Source: Escherichia coli (GTDB lineage Bacteria; Pseudomonadota; Gammaproteobacteria; Enterobacterales; Enterobacteriaceae). Taken from it: a DNA stretch of 64,000 nucleotides. The notes beneath the pieces were generated by a model. The model was not told where the DNA came from. It saw nothing but the letters and a program-made list of their open reading frames with translations, and did no database searches. Of the stretch, positions 35,051 to 46,017 are shown piece after piece. The stretch lies in NCBI RefSeq assembly GCF_003334785.1, contig NZ_QOWV01000016.1. One strand, written 5' to 3'. A program made the translations under genes and the position numbers. Each line of letters begins with the position of its first letter. Position 1 is the first letter of the stretch.

Positions 35051-35488
35051 ATGGACAACAAAATATCAACCTATTCACCGGCCTTTAGTATTGTGTCATG
35101 GATAGCTCTCGTTGGTGGTATCGTTACCTATCTGTTAGGGCTATGGAATGCAGAGATGCAGTTAAATGAAAAAGGATATTATTTTGCCGTACTGGTATTA
35201 GGACTGTTTTCTGCGGCGTCTTATCAAAAGACCGTTCGGGACAAGTATGAAGGCATACCGACCACTTCCATTTATTATATGACCTGCCTGACTGTCTTTA
35301 TTATCTCTGTTGCATTACTGATGGTAGGTCTGTGGAATGCGACATTATTACTCAGCGAAAAAGGTTTTTATGGACTGGCTTTCTTCTTAAGCTTGTTTGG
35401 TGCAGTAGCGGTGCAGAAAAATATTCGTGATGCCGGAATAAACCCACCAAAAGAAACACAGGTTACCCAGGAAGAATACAGCGAATAA
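35051..35488 (+). CDS. yiaA: inner-membrane protein, paralogous to YiaB
   Basis: 145-codon frame [34 protein letters not shown]... shares the LGLWN / EKGY motif pattern with yiaB. Confidence 0.85.
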
Positions 35489-35529
35489 CTCACGTAAGCC
35501 CGGTCAGTCCAATGTGACCGGGCTTTTAC

Positions 35530-36525
35530 TTAACTCACTAATCTGTTTCTGTCGATTCGTTGTACCAGCATAGAAAGTAACAAACTCGCTGCCAACGTCG
35601 CGCAAAAGATCCAAATAATATCCAGTATTGGCCAATTTTTAAGCTCAATTCCCCGGGTGCGCAGCGCATGGATAATCAAGGCGTGGAATCCGTATATACC
35701 CAATGAATGGCGGGAGATTAAGCCAAGTCCGCGAATGGTACGCGTATCCAGCGTGTTTTTAACCAGAGTCAATAGCGCGATTGCGCAGATAAAAACCATC
35801 GGCCCACAGTAAAGATACCAGGTATCGGCAAAATTTCCGCGCCACTGCAATTCATATAATGTCCCGCGAGAGATAATAAAAACCCCCGTCGCAAACAGCG
35901 CGGCGCTCACCCACGACAGTGCTTTATGCTGTGTGTCCATCATCCCTATAGCGCGGCCCAACATGCCATACAGAATGTAGTAAAAAGTATCGCCATTGAT
36001 ATATAAGTTAATTGGCAGCCATTCAAAACCGTCAATTTTCTGCGGCACTGTGTTTGGGTTAGCGATAATGCCAATCACCGCCATTAGCACCAGCAACATT
36101 TTTCCGCCGACGTTCTTCACCTGAATCAGCGGTGAAACCAGATAAATCACCGCAATCGCGAAGAAAAACCACAAGTGGTAAAACACTGGCTTTTGCAGCA
36201 GGTTTTTCAGCGCTAACTCCATATTGATGGAGGTAAACAGCGCAATGTAGAGCAGTGCGATTGCGCTATAAAAAATCAGACATAAGCCGATACGCAAGAA
36301 ATGGCGCGGCTGGGCGCTGCGTTCGCCAAAAAAGAGATAGCCGGAAATCATGAAAAATAGCGGCACGCTGACACGAGAGGCAGAATTCAGAACATTGGCG
36401 ATATCCCATGTGACGGGGCTAACACTATGAGCATTGGTCACATACCAGGTAGTGGTGTGAATCATCACCACCATTAAACACGCTATCCCTCGCAGGTTAT
36501 CAATCCAGTAAATTTTGGGCTGCAT
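35530..36525 (-). CDS. wecH: acyltransferase-3 family O-acetyltransferase
   Basis: 331-aa polytopic membrane ORF recognised as YiaH/WecH. Confidence 0.85.
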
Positions 36526-36699
36526 CTGTGTCTCTGTATCTGGTTAAAAAAAGTCTGACCGATAAATCATTTGGTTGGCGCACTGGAATAATCTGAGTTT
36601 TATCACTACAGCTTATAGAGGCTTAAGGAAATTCGTAAGATATCAGCCACTATACCGATATAAATAATAAGACTCACCTGCAAACCAGACGGTAATTTA

Positions 36700-36999
36700 A
36701 TGATGATGAACGCTTTCTTTCCGGCAATGGCGCTTATGGTGCTAGTGGGTTGTTCTATACCGTCACCCGTGCAGAAAGCACAACGGGTAAAGGTTGATCC
36801 TCTGCGTTCGTTGAATATGGAAGCGTTATGCAAGGATCAGGCGGCAAAACGTTATAACACCGGCGAGCAAAAAATCGACGTCACCGCCTTCGAACAGTTC
36901 CAGGGAAGCTATGAAATGCGCGGTTATACCTTCCGTAAAGAGCAGTTTGTCTGTTCTTTTGACGCGGATGGCCATTTTTTGCATCTTTCCATGCGTTAA
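36700..36999 (+). CDS. ysaB: small lipoprotein
   Basis: 99-aa ORF with lipobox LVGC near the N-terminus. Confidence 0.85.
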   Translation: MMMNAFFPAMALMVLVGCSIPSPVQKAQRVKVDPLRSLNMEALCKDQAAKRYNTGEQKIDVTAFEQFQGSYEMRGYTFRKEQFVCSFDADGHFLHLSMR

Positions 37000-37093
37000 G
37001 CCCTGCTTTTTCCCGTTTCGTACTGTATATCTTCCATCCAGCGAGTATACTGATCCCTTCCTTTAAATCCACACGTATCCAGCACGAAATAAT

Positions 37094-38005
37094 ATGCAAA
37101 AGTTTGATACCAGGACCTTCCAGGGCTTGATCCTGACCTTACAGGATTACTGGGCTCGCCAGGGCTGCACCATTGTTCAACCATTGGACATGGAAGTCGG
37201 CGCGGGAACCTCTCACCCAATGACCTGTCTGCGCGCGCTGGGGCCAGAACCGATGGCGGCTGCTTATGTTCAGCCTTCTCGTCGCCCGACCGATGGTCGC
37301 TACGGCGAAAACCCCAACCGTTTACAGCACTACTATCAGTTCCAGGTGGTCATTAAGCCATCGCCGGACAATATTCAGGAGCTGTACCTCGGTTCTCTGA
37401 AAGAGCTGGGCATGGACCCGACTATTCACGACATCCGTTTCGTGGAAGATAACTGGGAAAACCCGACGCTGGGTGCCTGGGGACTGGGCTGGGAAGTGTG
37501 GCTGAACGGCATGGAAGTGACGCAGTTCACTTACTTCCAGCAGGTTGGTGGTCTGGAGTGTAAACCGGTTACCGGCGAGATCACCTACGGTCTGGAACGT
37601 CTGGCCATGTACATTCAGGGCGTAGACAGCGTTTACGACCTGGTCTGGAGCGACGGCCCGCTGGGTAAAACCACCTACGGCGACGTGTTCCATCAGAACG
37701 AAGTGGAGCAGTCCACTTACAACTTCGAATACGCGGATGTGGACTTCCTGTTCACCTGCTTCGAGCAGTACGAGAAAGAAGCGCAGCAGCTGCTGGCGCT
37801 GGAAAATCCGCTGCCGCTGCCAGCCTACGAGCGTATTCTGAAAGCCGCCCACAGCTTCAACCTGCTGGATGCGCGTAAAGCCATCTCCGTCACCGAGCGT
37901 CAGCGCTACATTCTGCGCATTCGCACCCTGACCAAAGCAGTGGCAGAAGCATACTACGCTTCCCGTGAAGCCCTCGGCTTCCCGATGTGCAACAAAGATA
38001 AGTAA
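37094..38005 (+). CDS. glyQ: glycine-tRNA ligase alpha subunit
   Basis: 303-aa ORF recognised. Confidence 0.95.
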
Positions 38006-38014
38006 GAGGCGGCT

Positions 38015-40084
38015 ATGTCTGAGAAAACTTTTCTGGTGGAAATCGGCACTGAAGAGCTGCCACCAAAAGCACTGCGCAGCCTGGCTGAGTCCTTTGCTGC
38101 GAACTTTACTGCGGAGCTGGATAACGCTGGCCTCGCACACGGCACCGTTCAATGGTTTGCTGCTCCGCGTCGTCTGGCGCTGAAAGTAGCTAACCTGGCG
38201 GAAGCGCAACCGGATCGTGAAATCGAAAAACGCGGCCCGGCGATTGCCCAGGCGTTCGACGCTGAAGGCAAACCGAGCAAAGCGGCAGAAGGTTGGGCGC
38301 GTGGTTGCGGTATTACCGTTGACCAGGCTGAGCGTCTGACTACCGATAAAGGCGAATGGCTGCTGTATCGCGCCCATGTGAAGGGCGAAAGCACCGAAGC
38401 ACTGCTGCCGAATATGGTTGCGACTTCTCTGGCGAAACTGCCGATCCCGAAACTGATGCGTTGGGGCGCAAGCGACGTGCACTTCGTGCGTCCGGTGCAC
38501 ACCGTGACCCTGCTGCTGGGCGACAAAGTCATTCCGGCAACCATTCTGGGCATTCAGTCCGATCGCGTGATTCGCGGCCACCGCTTTATGGGCGAGCCGG
38601 AATTCACCATCGATAACGCCGATCAGTATCCGGAAATTCTGCGTGAGCGTGGGAAAGTCATCGCCGATTACGAAGAACGTAAGGCGAAGATTAAAGCCGA
38701 TGCCGAAGAAGCAGCGCGTAAGATTGGCGGTAACGCTGACTTAAGCGAAAGCCTGCTGGAAGAAGTGGCTTCGCTGGTGGAGTGGCCGGTCGTTCTGACC
38801 GCAAAATTCGAAGAGAAATTCCTCGCGGTGCCGGCTGAAGCGCTGGTTTACACCATGAAAGGTGACCAGAAATACTTCCCGGTGTATGCGAACGACGGCA
38901 AACTGCTGCCGAACTTTATCTTCGTTGCCAACATCGAATCGAAAGATCCGCAGCAGATTATCTCCGGTAACGAGAAAGTCGTTCGTCCGCGTCTGGCGGA
39001 TGCCGAGTTCTTCTTCAACACCGACCGTAAAAAACGTCTTGAAGATAACCTGCCGCGCCTGCAAACCGTGTTGTTCCAGCAACAGTTGGGGACGCTGCGC
39101 GACAAAACTGACCGCATCCAGGCGCTGGCTGGCTGGATTGCTGAACAGATTGGCGCTGACGTTAACCACGCTACCCGTGCGGGTCTGCTGTCTAAGTGCG
39201 ACCTGATGACCAACATGGTCTTCGAGTTCACCGACACCCAGGGCGTTATGGGGATGCACTATGCGCGTCACGATGGCGAAGCGGAAGATGTCGCGGTGGC
39301 GCTGAATGAGCAGTATCAGCCGCGTTTTGCTGGTGATGACCTGCCGTCCAACCCAGTAGCTTGTGCGCTGGCGATTGCTGACAAGATGGATACCCTGGCG
39401 GGTATCTTCGGTATCGGTCAGCATCCGAAAGGCGACAAAGACCCGTTTGCGCTGCGTCGTGCCGCGCTTGGCGTGCTGCGAATTATCGTTGAGAAGAACC
39501 TCAACCTTGATCTGCAAACGCTGACCGAAGAAGCGGTGCGTCTGTATGGCGATAAGCTGACTAATGCCAACGTAGTTGATGATGTTATCGACTTTATGCT
39601 CGGTCGCTTCCGCGCCTGGTATCAGGACGAAGGTTATACCGTTGACACCATCCAGGCGGTACTGGCGCGTCGTCCGACTCGTCCGGCTGATTTCGATGCC
39701 CGTATGAAAGCGGTATCGCATTTCCGTACCCTGGATGCAGCTGCTGCACTGGCGGCGGCGAACAAACGTGTATCTAACATTCTGGCGAAATCTGACGAAG
39801 TGCTGAGCGACCGCGTGAATGCCTCTACCCTGAAAGAGCCGGAAGAAATTAAACTGGCGATGCAGGTTGTGGTGCTACGTGACAAGCTGGAGCCGTACTT
39901 TACGGAAGGTCGTTACCAGGATGCGCTGGTCGAACTGGCTGAGCTGCGTGAACCGGTTGATGCTTTCTTCGATAAAGTGATGGTCATGGTTGATGACAAA
40001 GAATTGCGTATCAACCGTCTGACCATGCTGGAGAAACTGCGCGAACTGTTCCTGCGCGTTGCGGATATTTCGCTGTTGCAATAA
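38015..40084 (+). CDS. glyS: glycine-tRNA ligase beta subunit
   Basis: 689-aa ORF recognised; 9-bp gap from glyQ. Confidence 0.95.
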   Translation: MSEKTFLVEIGTEELPPKALRSLAESFAANFTAELDNAGLAHGTVQWFAAPRRLALKVANLAEAQPDREIEKRGPAIAQAFDAEGKPSKAAEGWARGCGITVDQAERLTTDKGEWLLYRAHVKGESTEALLPNMVATSLAKLPIPKLMRWGASDVHFVRPVHTVTLLLGDKVIPATILGIQSDRVIRGHRFMGEPEFTIDNADQYPEILRERGKVIADYEERKAKIKADAEEAARKIGGNADLSESLLEEVASLVEWPVVLTAKFEEKFLAVPAEALVYTMKGDQKYFPVYANDGKLLPNFIFVANIESKDPQQIISGNEKVVRPRLADAEFFFNTDRKKRLEDNLPRLQTVLFQQQLGTLRDKTDRIQALAGWIAEQIGADVNHATRAGLLSKCDLMTNMVFEFTDTQGVMGMHYARHDGEAEDVAVALNEQYQPRFAGDDLPSNPVACALAIADKMDTLAGIFGIGQHPKGDKDPFALRRAALGVLRIIVEKNLNLDLQTLTEEAVRLYGDKLTNANVVDDVIDFMLGRFRAWYQDEGYTVDTIQAVLARRPTRPADFDARMKAVSHFRTLDAAAALAAANKRVSNILAKSDEVLSDRVNASTLKEPEEIKLAMQVVVLRDKLEPYFTEGRYQDALVELAELREPVDAFFDKVMVMVDDKELRINRLTMLEKLRELFLRVADISLLQ

Positions 40085-40101
40085 TAACGCCGTTATTAAA
40101 T

Positions 40102-40128
40102 AGCCTGCCATCTGGCAGGCTTTTTTTA
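40102..40128 (+). terminator. rho-independent terminator of glyQS
   Basis: agcctgcca tct ggcaggct followed by TTTTTTT. Confidence 0.8.
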
Positions 40129-40362
40129 TCGCTAAATAATACAGCAACCTTTAATAATCTTCTGCTGAATAAAGATTATCTCATATATTAATTTTATGAG
40201 ATTTTTTTAGGATTATATCAAGGAGAAGAAACAAACTTATTAAGCTAGAATAGCCACGGGTGCTTGAGACTGTTTGTCTCAGGTATTCACCGAAAGGCAG
40301 ACAGAGAAAAGCCCCACCTGACTATAAATCAAAGTTTGTACTGACCCCAAAAAGTTGGACAG

Positions 40363-41214
40363 TTAAACACGAGGCATATAGGTCTGATTCCGATATTCAA
40401 TTGGAGTCAGACCTTTTAATTTCAGGCTAATTCTTCTGCTGTTGTAGTATTCAATATATTCCGTAACAGCATCCTTCAGTTCGCTTATATTACTGAACTC
40501 ATCAAGATAAAAACACTCCGACTTTAAGGTTCCAAAGAAACACTCCACCACAGCATTATCCAGACAATTGCCTTTTCTGGACATGCTTTGTTTAATACCA
40601 TGTTCTTTAAGGATATTTTGATATCTTCTCATACGATACTGCCATCCCTGGTCAGAGTGCAGAACAGGATGCTCGTGAGGATTAAGCTTTTTGAATGCCT
40701 GATCGAGCATATTCTCAACCATGTTCATCACTGGTCTTTCCGAAAGGCTGTAAGAAATAACTTCGTTGTTGAAGAGATCTATTACTGGAGACAAATACAG
40801 CTTGCGCCCATTGACTGCAAATTCAGTAACATCGGTAACCCACTTCTCGTTTGGCCGCGTAGCCTTGAAATCTCTTTGGAGAACATTAGGGGCGGTTTGC
40901 CCTACCTCTCCTCTGTAAGAGCGGTATCGCTTGACCTTAATCGCTGCTTTAAGTGAGAGGGTTCCCATCAGGCGCTGAACAGCTTTATGGTTAATCTGTT
41001 TCCCTTCTCGATGAAGAGACAGCGTTACCCTACGGTATCCGTATCGGCCTCTATTCTCGTGATAAATCTCACTAATACGCTTTTTAACGTCCGCATACTT
41101 GTCAGGCTTGCTGAGAGCCTTTAGATGATAATAAAACGTACTGCGCGGTATCTCCGCAGCCCTGAGAAGCTCATCAAGAGGATAAAACTGCCTTAGCTCG
41201 TTGAGTACTTTCAC
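40363..41214 (-). CDS. insK: IS150 transposase OrfB (DDE catalytic domain)
   Basis: 283-aa ORF recognised. Confidence 0.9.
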
Positions 41215-41732
41215 TTTTTCGTGGGATGAGCTAAGGCTTTCAGCTTTTTTAGATACATAAGCCGCGTTTCAAGAAATCGAACTTGCCTTTCAAGATCCTC
41301 AATGCGTCGGTCTTTTGACAGCTCCAATGCTGATGCCGCTTTTTCTGGATCAACTGATATTGCAATGTTTCTTTTGGTGCCAATCTTGAGCGCGCGTAAA
41401 CCAGCTTCTCCGCGCTCTTCATAGACCTTCAGCCACCTGGCTACAGAACCACTACCAGCAAGCATAAAGTGAGCAGCAGCCTGATTAAGGGACATGTGCT
41501 GCTCGATCACAGCTTTCACGACCTTAATACGCAACTCTGGATCAGCACTAACGCCTTTAGGTTTGGGAATTAAACCTTTTTCTCCATGTTTTTCATAGAG
41601 GGCAACCCATGTCCTGACCTGGGTTCGGGGGACACCAAAACGTGCCGAGATGATCCTGTAACCATCATCAGTTGTGAAGTAGTGATTCACGACTTCAAGG
41701 CGCTTTTCAAAAGGGTATTTTGGCTTTGACAT
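41211..41732 (-). CDS. insJ: IS150 OrfA (HTH DNA-binding)
   Basis: 173-aa ORF; ends ...[14 protein letters not shown] with the A AAA AAG frameshift heptamer at complement(41244..41250). Confidence 0.9.
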   Translation of the reverse strand: MSKPKYPFEKRLEVVNHYFTTDDGYRIISARFGVPRTQVRTWVALYEKHGEKGLIPKPKGVSADPELRIKVVKAVIEQHMSLNQAAAHFMLAGSGSVARWLKVYEERGEAGLRALKIGTKRNIAISVDPEKAASALELSKDRRIEDLERQVRFLETRLMYLKKLKALAHPTKK

Positions 41733-41811
41733 ATTAGGGGCTATTCCATTTCATCGTCCAACAAAATGGGTGCAGTACATACTCGTTGGAAATCAACACA
41801 GGAGGCTGGGA

Positions 41812-41964
41812 ATGCCGCAGAAATATAGATTACTTTCTTTAATAGTGATTTGTTTCACGCTTTTATTTTTCACCTGGATGATAAGAGATTCACTGTGTGA
41901 ATTGCATATTAAACAGGAGAGTTATGAGCTGGCGGCGTTTTTAGCCTGCAAATTGAAAGAGTAA
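41812..41964 (+). CDS. hokA: Hok-family type I toxin peptide (50 aa)
   Basis: MPQKYRLLSLIVICFTLLFFTWMIRDSLCELHIKQESYELAAFLACKLKE from ATG 41812 with SD aggagg 41800..41805; the overlapping mok-like frame (track ORF from 41770) begins inside the IS150 end. Confidence 0.85.
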   Translation: MPQKYRLLSLIVICFTLLFFTWMIRDSLCELHIKQESYELAAFLACKLKE

Positions 41965-42093
41965 GAGTCTTCGGCGGGAAATTATTCCCGCCTTACTTAC
42001 GGCGTTGCGCATTCTCATTGCACCCAAATTTATTCTTCACAAAAATAATAATAGATTTTATTACGCGATCGATTATTTATTTCCTGAAAACAA

Positions 42094-42123
42094 ATAAAAA
42101 AATCCCCGCCAAATGGCAGGGAT
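42094..42123 (-). terminator. rho-independent terminator of cspA
   Basis: On the minus strand, stem atccctgccatttggcggggat followed by a U7 run (plus-strand A-run 42095..42101). Confidence 0.8.
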
Positions 42124-42150
42124 CTTAGATTCTGTGCTTTTAAGCAGAGA

Positions 42151-42363
42151 TTACAGGCTGGTTACGTTACCAGCTGCCGGGCCTTTAGCGCCGCTTTCGA
42201 TGGTGAAGGACACTTTCTGACCTTCGTCCAGAGATTTGTAACCATCGTTCTGGATAGCAGAGAAGTGTACGAACACATCTTTAGAGCCATCGTCAGGAGT
42301 GATGAAGCCGAAGCCTTTGTCAGCGTTGAACCATTTTACGATACCAGCCATTTTACCGGACAT
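42151..42363 (-). CDS. cspA: major cold-shock protein
   Basis: [38 protein letters not shown]... 70 aa with RNP1/RNP2 motifs. Confidence 0.97.
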   Translation of the reverse strand: MSGKMAGIVKWFNADKGFGFITPDDGSKDVFVHFSAIQNDGYKSLDEGQKVSFTIESGAKGPAAGNVTSL

Positions 42364-42505
42364 AGTGTATTACCTTTAATAATTAAGTGTGCCTTTCGGC
42401 GATATGGCGTGCTTTACAGATTTTGAAGCGTTAAAGGAATGTGCACTACGAGGGGTATCAACGATAACTCTTGAAGGGACTTGCCTTACTACACTGCTTT
42501 AATGG

Positions 42506-42559
42506 TCTGTACGTCAAACCGTTGATGTGCATTAAGCCACGCATTGGCGGGTGATGCAA
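42506..42559 (-). promoter_or_regulatory. cspA promoter (-35 TTGCAT, 17-bp spacer, -10 CTTAAT) and cold-box element at the start of the ~160-nt 5' UTR
   Basis: Minus-strand reading: ttgcat (complement 42554..42559), cttaat (complement 42531..42536), cold box tgacgtacaga (complement 42506..42516); AT-rich UP-like tract further upstream. Confidence 0.75.
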
Positions 42560-42643
42560 CAATTATTTTTCATATTTATGATTAATCGGTTGGAAAACGG
42601 TCCTGTCATCAGGACCGTAAACAGCAATAAAGTGGATAAAAGT

Positions 42644-42934
42644 CTATTCCATCAACTGCTTACTTAATGCCGGGTTGGCTTGAATCAAACGCATCAATTT
42701 TAGTTCGGCACTTGAAGGCTTCACGCGTCTGGATTCCCATTCCTTTACCATGGCGACTGATACGCCCAAAACCCGGGCGAAATCATCGATTTTTAATCCT
42801 GTCCCTTTTCGTAACTGCTCAATTTCGGTACAGGACGTTGTTCTGTGCGTCAGGGTAATTTTCTGCGTTTCATCTTTAAAAACAATCTGTTCCAGGCTGC
42901 TCAACAGCTCATGCATTGGATCTTTATATTCCAT
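42644..42934 (-). CDS. yiaG: XRE-family HTH transcriptional regulator
   Basis: 96-aa ORF with HTH GLKIDDFARVLGVSVAMVKEWESRR, recognised. Confidence 0.85.
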   Translation of the reverse strand: MEYKDPMHELLSSLEQIVFKDETQKITLTHRTTSCTEIEQLRKGTGLKIDDFARVLGVSVAMVKEWESRRVKPSSAELKLMRLIQANPALSKQLME

Positions 42935-43367
42935 TGAAAACTCCTCAAATCACACTGCGGGATCGTGAATTGCATCGAAGCTCATTAAGAATAGTCGGGA
43001 AAAGCAGACACAGCGGGGTGAAGTCAGGGCATGCTCTGGCTATGATTCGATTCAGCCTGTCATTTAGCGTGACTTATAGCCACCTAACGATCTGATAAAT
43101 GCCGATATATCTCTTACCACTCCTGTTTTGTAAAGATTTCGAAAATCTAACCTTCTGCGAAGGCGTAAATCTCTGGCTACAAAAAAGGCAACGGCACTAT
43201 CATTTTTTAACAATGAAACAACAAATTAACCTTGTTTCATTTTCTCCATGATTTTACCAGGAAGATTACGTAGAAAGGGTATCCTGCAAGCCTGTCCTGG
43301 ACTATCCTTGTCACGTCAGACACGCGTGTGTCGTTGTGCGCTTTTTTTGGGTGAAAGGAGTAAGAAA

Positions 43368-44078
43368 ATGGCGACAGGAAAGTCCTGCTCTCGCTGGTTT
43401 GCGCCTCTTGCGGCGTTATTAATGGTAGTTAGCCTGAGTGGGTGTTTTGATAAAGAAGGCGATCAGCGTAAAGCGTTTATCGACTTCCTGCAGAATACAG
43501 TGATGCGTAGCGGTGAACGTCTACCAACCCTGACTGCCGATCAGAAAAAACAGTTTGGTCCTTTTGTCTCTGATTACGCGATTCTGTATGGTTATTCTCA
43601 GCAGGTGAATCAGGCGATGGATTCCGGTCTGCGCCCGGTTGTAGACAGCGTTAACGCAATTCGCGTACCGCAGGATTACGTTACGCAAAGCGGTCCGCTG
43701 CGTGAAATGAACGGTTCGCTGGGTGTGCTGGCGCAACAACTGCAAAATGCGAAGTTGCAGGCCGATGCTGCGCACTCTGCGCTAAAACAGAGCGATGATT
43801 TGAAACCGGTCTTTGATCAGGCATTCACCAAAGTGGTAACGACGCCAGCTGATGCATTGCAACCGTTGATTCCGGCGGCACAAACTTTCACGCAACAACT
43901 GGTGATGGTTGGAGACTACATTGCTCAGCAAGGTACTCAGGTGAGCTTTGTCGCAAATGGCATCCAGTTCCCGACTTCACAGCAGGCAAGTGAATATAAC
44001 AAACTGATTGCGCCATTACCGGCACAGCATCAGGCGTTTAATCAGGCCTGGACTACAGCAGTTACTGCAACCCAATAA
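43368..44078 (+). CDS. yiaF: DUF3053-family lipoprotein
   Basis: MATGKSCSRWFAPLAALLMVVSLSGCFDK... (lipobox LSGC) from ATG 43368 with SD aaaggag; track's 40-codon 5' extension rejected. Confidence 0.85.
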   Translation: MATGKSCSRWFAPLAALLMVVSLSGCFDKEGDQRKAFIDFLQNTVMRSGERLPTLTADQKKQFGPFVSDYAILYGYSQQVNQAMDSGLRPVVDSVNAIRVPQDYVTQSGPLREMNGSLGVLAQQLQNAKLQADAAHSALKQSDDLKPVFDQAFTKVVTTPADALQPLIPAAQTFTQQLVMVGDYIAQQGTQVSFVANGIQFPTSQQASEYNKLIAPLPAQHQAFNQAWTTAVTATQ

Positions 44079-44084
44079 AGAGTA

Positions 44085-44109
44085 AAAGCCCGAGCGATTA
44101 TCGGGCTTT
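44085..44109. terminator. bidirectional hairpin between convergent yiaF and ghrB
   Basis: aaagcccgagcgattatcgggcttt: GC stem flanked by A-run on one side and T-run on the other. Confidence 0.6.
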
Positions 44110-44127
44110 ACTCTACGCAGTCGCGGC

Positions 44128-45102
44128 TTAGTCCGCGACGTGCGGATTCACACAGTTCTTCTCAACCTTTCCTTGTAACGCATCAATCAAATTATCCACG
44201 GCACAGGCGGCCATGCCATAACGCGTCTCATGGGTGGCAGATCCAATATGCGGTACTGCGACGACGTTGGCCATTGAGAGCAACGGCGAATCTACGGACA
44301 GTGGCTCTTGTTCGAAGACATCCAGCCCGGCAGCGTGAATTTCGCCTTTCTGCAATGCTGCGATCAGTGCATTTTCGTCAACCACCGGGCCACGTCCGGC
44401 ATTAATGAAAATGGCGGAGGATTTCATTTTGGCGAATTGTTCTGCGCCAAACAGATGATGCGTCTCATCAGTTAACGGCAGGATCAGGCAAACGAAATCT
44501 GACTCTTGTAACAGAGTATCCAAATCGCAGTAGCGGGCGTTGAAGCGTTCTTCTGCTTCTTTATGGTGGCGGCGCGCGTTATAGAGGATGGGCATGTTGA
44601 AGCCAAAGTGCGCACGTTGTGCCAGCGCCATGCCGATCCGTCCCATCCCGACAATGCCCAGTGTTTTATGGTGAACGTCAGTGCCGTACCAGTCCGGGCC
44701 TATGCTCGCGGTCCATTCGCCTGCTTTTACCCGTTCTGCTACCTCCACAACCCGACGAGCGGTAGACAACACCAGCGCCATCAGCGTATCGGCGACGGTT
44801 TCTGTTAATACGGTTGGCGTGTGCATCAGCAGAATTTTTCGGGCGGTAAGCGCATCGACATCAAAATTGTCATAGCCGACGGAGATCGTTGATGTGGCAC
44901 GCAGTTTCGGCATTTTTTCCAGCAATGCGGCATTTACATTCTCGTTTGAACCCAGTAAACCTTCAGCTTCGGCAAAAATTGCTGCATTTTGTTCGACGGT
45001 TTGTGGGCTGAGGTTTGCCACCTGGTGAACGGTGAAATGCTCTTGCAGGCGTTGCAGTAAATCATCAGGTAAGGCTTTGTAGAGGATAACGGACGGCTTC
45101 AT
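44128..45102 (-). CDS. ghrB: glyoxylate/hydroxypyruvate reductase B (2-ketogluconate reductase)
   Basis: Recognised N-terminus [19 protein letters not shown] at 45102 (324 codons); D-isomer 2-hydroxyacid dehydrogenase family. Confidence 0.9.
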   Translation of the reverse strand: MKPSVILYKALPDDLLQRLQEHFTVHQVANLSPQTVEQNAAIFAEAEGLLGSNENVNAALLEKMPKLRATSTISVGYDNFDVDALTARKILLMHTPTVLTETVADTLMALVLSTARRVVEVAERVKAGEWTASIGPDWYGTDVHHKTLGIVGMGRIGMALAQRAHFGFNMPILYNARRHHKEAEERFNARYCDLDTLLQESDFVCLILPLTDETHHLFGAEQFAKMKSSAIFINAGRGPVVDENALIAALQKGEIHAAGLDVFEQEPLSVDSPLLSMANVVAVPHIGSATHETRYGMAACAVDNLIDALQGKVEKNCVNPHVAD

Positions 45103-45205
45103 GCTTCTCTCCATTCACTGATAAGGCGATCACCTTAGCCTGAAATATGATGAAGGAAAACTGAAGAATGCCAGGTGATTTCTGCATCACCTGGCATGAA
45201 AGGGA

Positions 45206-45865
45206 TTACAGCGGGCTTAAGGTAATTTCTACACGGCGGTTTTGCGCCTTACCTTCTGCGGTGCTGTTGCTGGCGATTGGGTTAGCCGGGCCAAGGCCCT
45301 GAGTACGGATGCGGCTGGCGTCCACGCCCTGGGTGATCAACGCGCTGGCAACGGAATCCGCACGTTGCTGGGAGAGACGCATGTTCAGGTCGTGACCACC
45401 CGTGCTGTCGGTATAACCAATCACGTTAACCGCCGTTTTCGGATACTCTTTCAGTACCATTGCCACGCCGGTCAGGGTGTTAGCGCCCGCCGGTTTCAGG
45501 GTCGCGCTGCTGCTGTCGAAGGTCACATTGTTCGGCATATTGAGGATAATGTTATCCCCGCTGCGGGTTACGCTAACACCAGTGCCGCGCATTTTGTCGC
45601 GCAGCTTCGCTTCCTGCACATCCATGTAATAACCAACGCCGCCGCCCAGAGCTGCGCCTGCTGCTGCGCCAATCAGCGCGCCTTTACCGCGATCTTTCTT
45701 CGAAGAAGAGAGCGCACCAATACCCGCGCCCACGAGAGAGCCCAGACCTGCGCCGATAGCAGATTTACCTGCTTCGCGTTCGCCGGTGTAAGGGTTAGTT
45801 GTGCAGCCAGATACCGCCAGAGCGCCACTCACTACGGCGGCAATAAGATAAACACGTTTCTTCAT
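45206..45865 (-). CDS. yiaD: OmpA-domain outer-membrane lipoprotein
   Basis: 219-aa ORF with lipobox AVSGC and C-terminal OmpA-like peptidoglycan-binding domain. Confidence 0.9.
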   Translation of the reverse strand: MKKRVYLIAAVVSGALAVSGCTTNPYTGEREAGKSAIGAGLGSLVGAGIGALSSSKKDRGKGALIGAAAGAALGGGVGYYMDVQEAKLRDKMRGTGVSVTRSGDNIILNMPNNVTFDSSSATLKPAGANTLTGVAMVLKEYPKTAVNVIGYTDSTGGHDLNMRLSQQRADSVASALITQGVDASRIRTQGLGPANPIASNSTAEGKAQNRRVEITLSPL

Positions 45866-46017
45866 TGTTAATCCTTAATAACCTTTTTATTCTTTGCCAC
45901 GGGTTCCGTGGCGGGAGATTATGCCGCGTGAACATGAAGATTATTCCTGGGAATACTCGGAAATTTGTAAGTAATATTTAACTGCTCAATACATCTAACC
46001 TTTCAGGAGTCTTCGGT

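Larger units (their letters stand above)
40337..41779 (-). mobile_element. IS150 (IS3 family), complete 1443-bp copy
   Basis: Terminal inverted repeats tgtactgaccccaaaaagttggac (40337...) and revcomp tgtactgcacccattttgttggac (...41779); contains insJ and insK with an A AAA AAG slippery site. Confidence 0.9.

Noticed and set aside
37322-38581. 419-aa ORF on the minus strand
   Set aside because: Lies entirely antisense to glyQ/glyS; Arg/Ala/Gly-rich, low-complexity translation typical of a shadow ORF opposite a highly expressed GC-rich gene.
38741-39721. 326-aa ORF on the minus strand
   Set aside because: Antisense shadow ORF within glyS; no start context, and the sense strand is confidently assigned.
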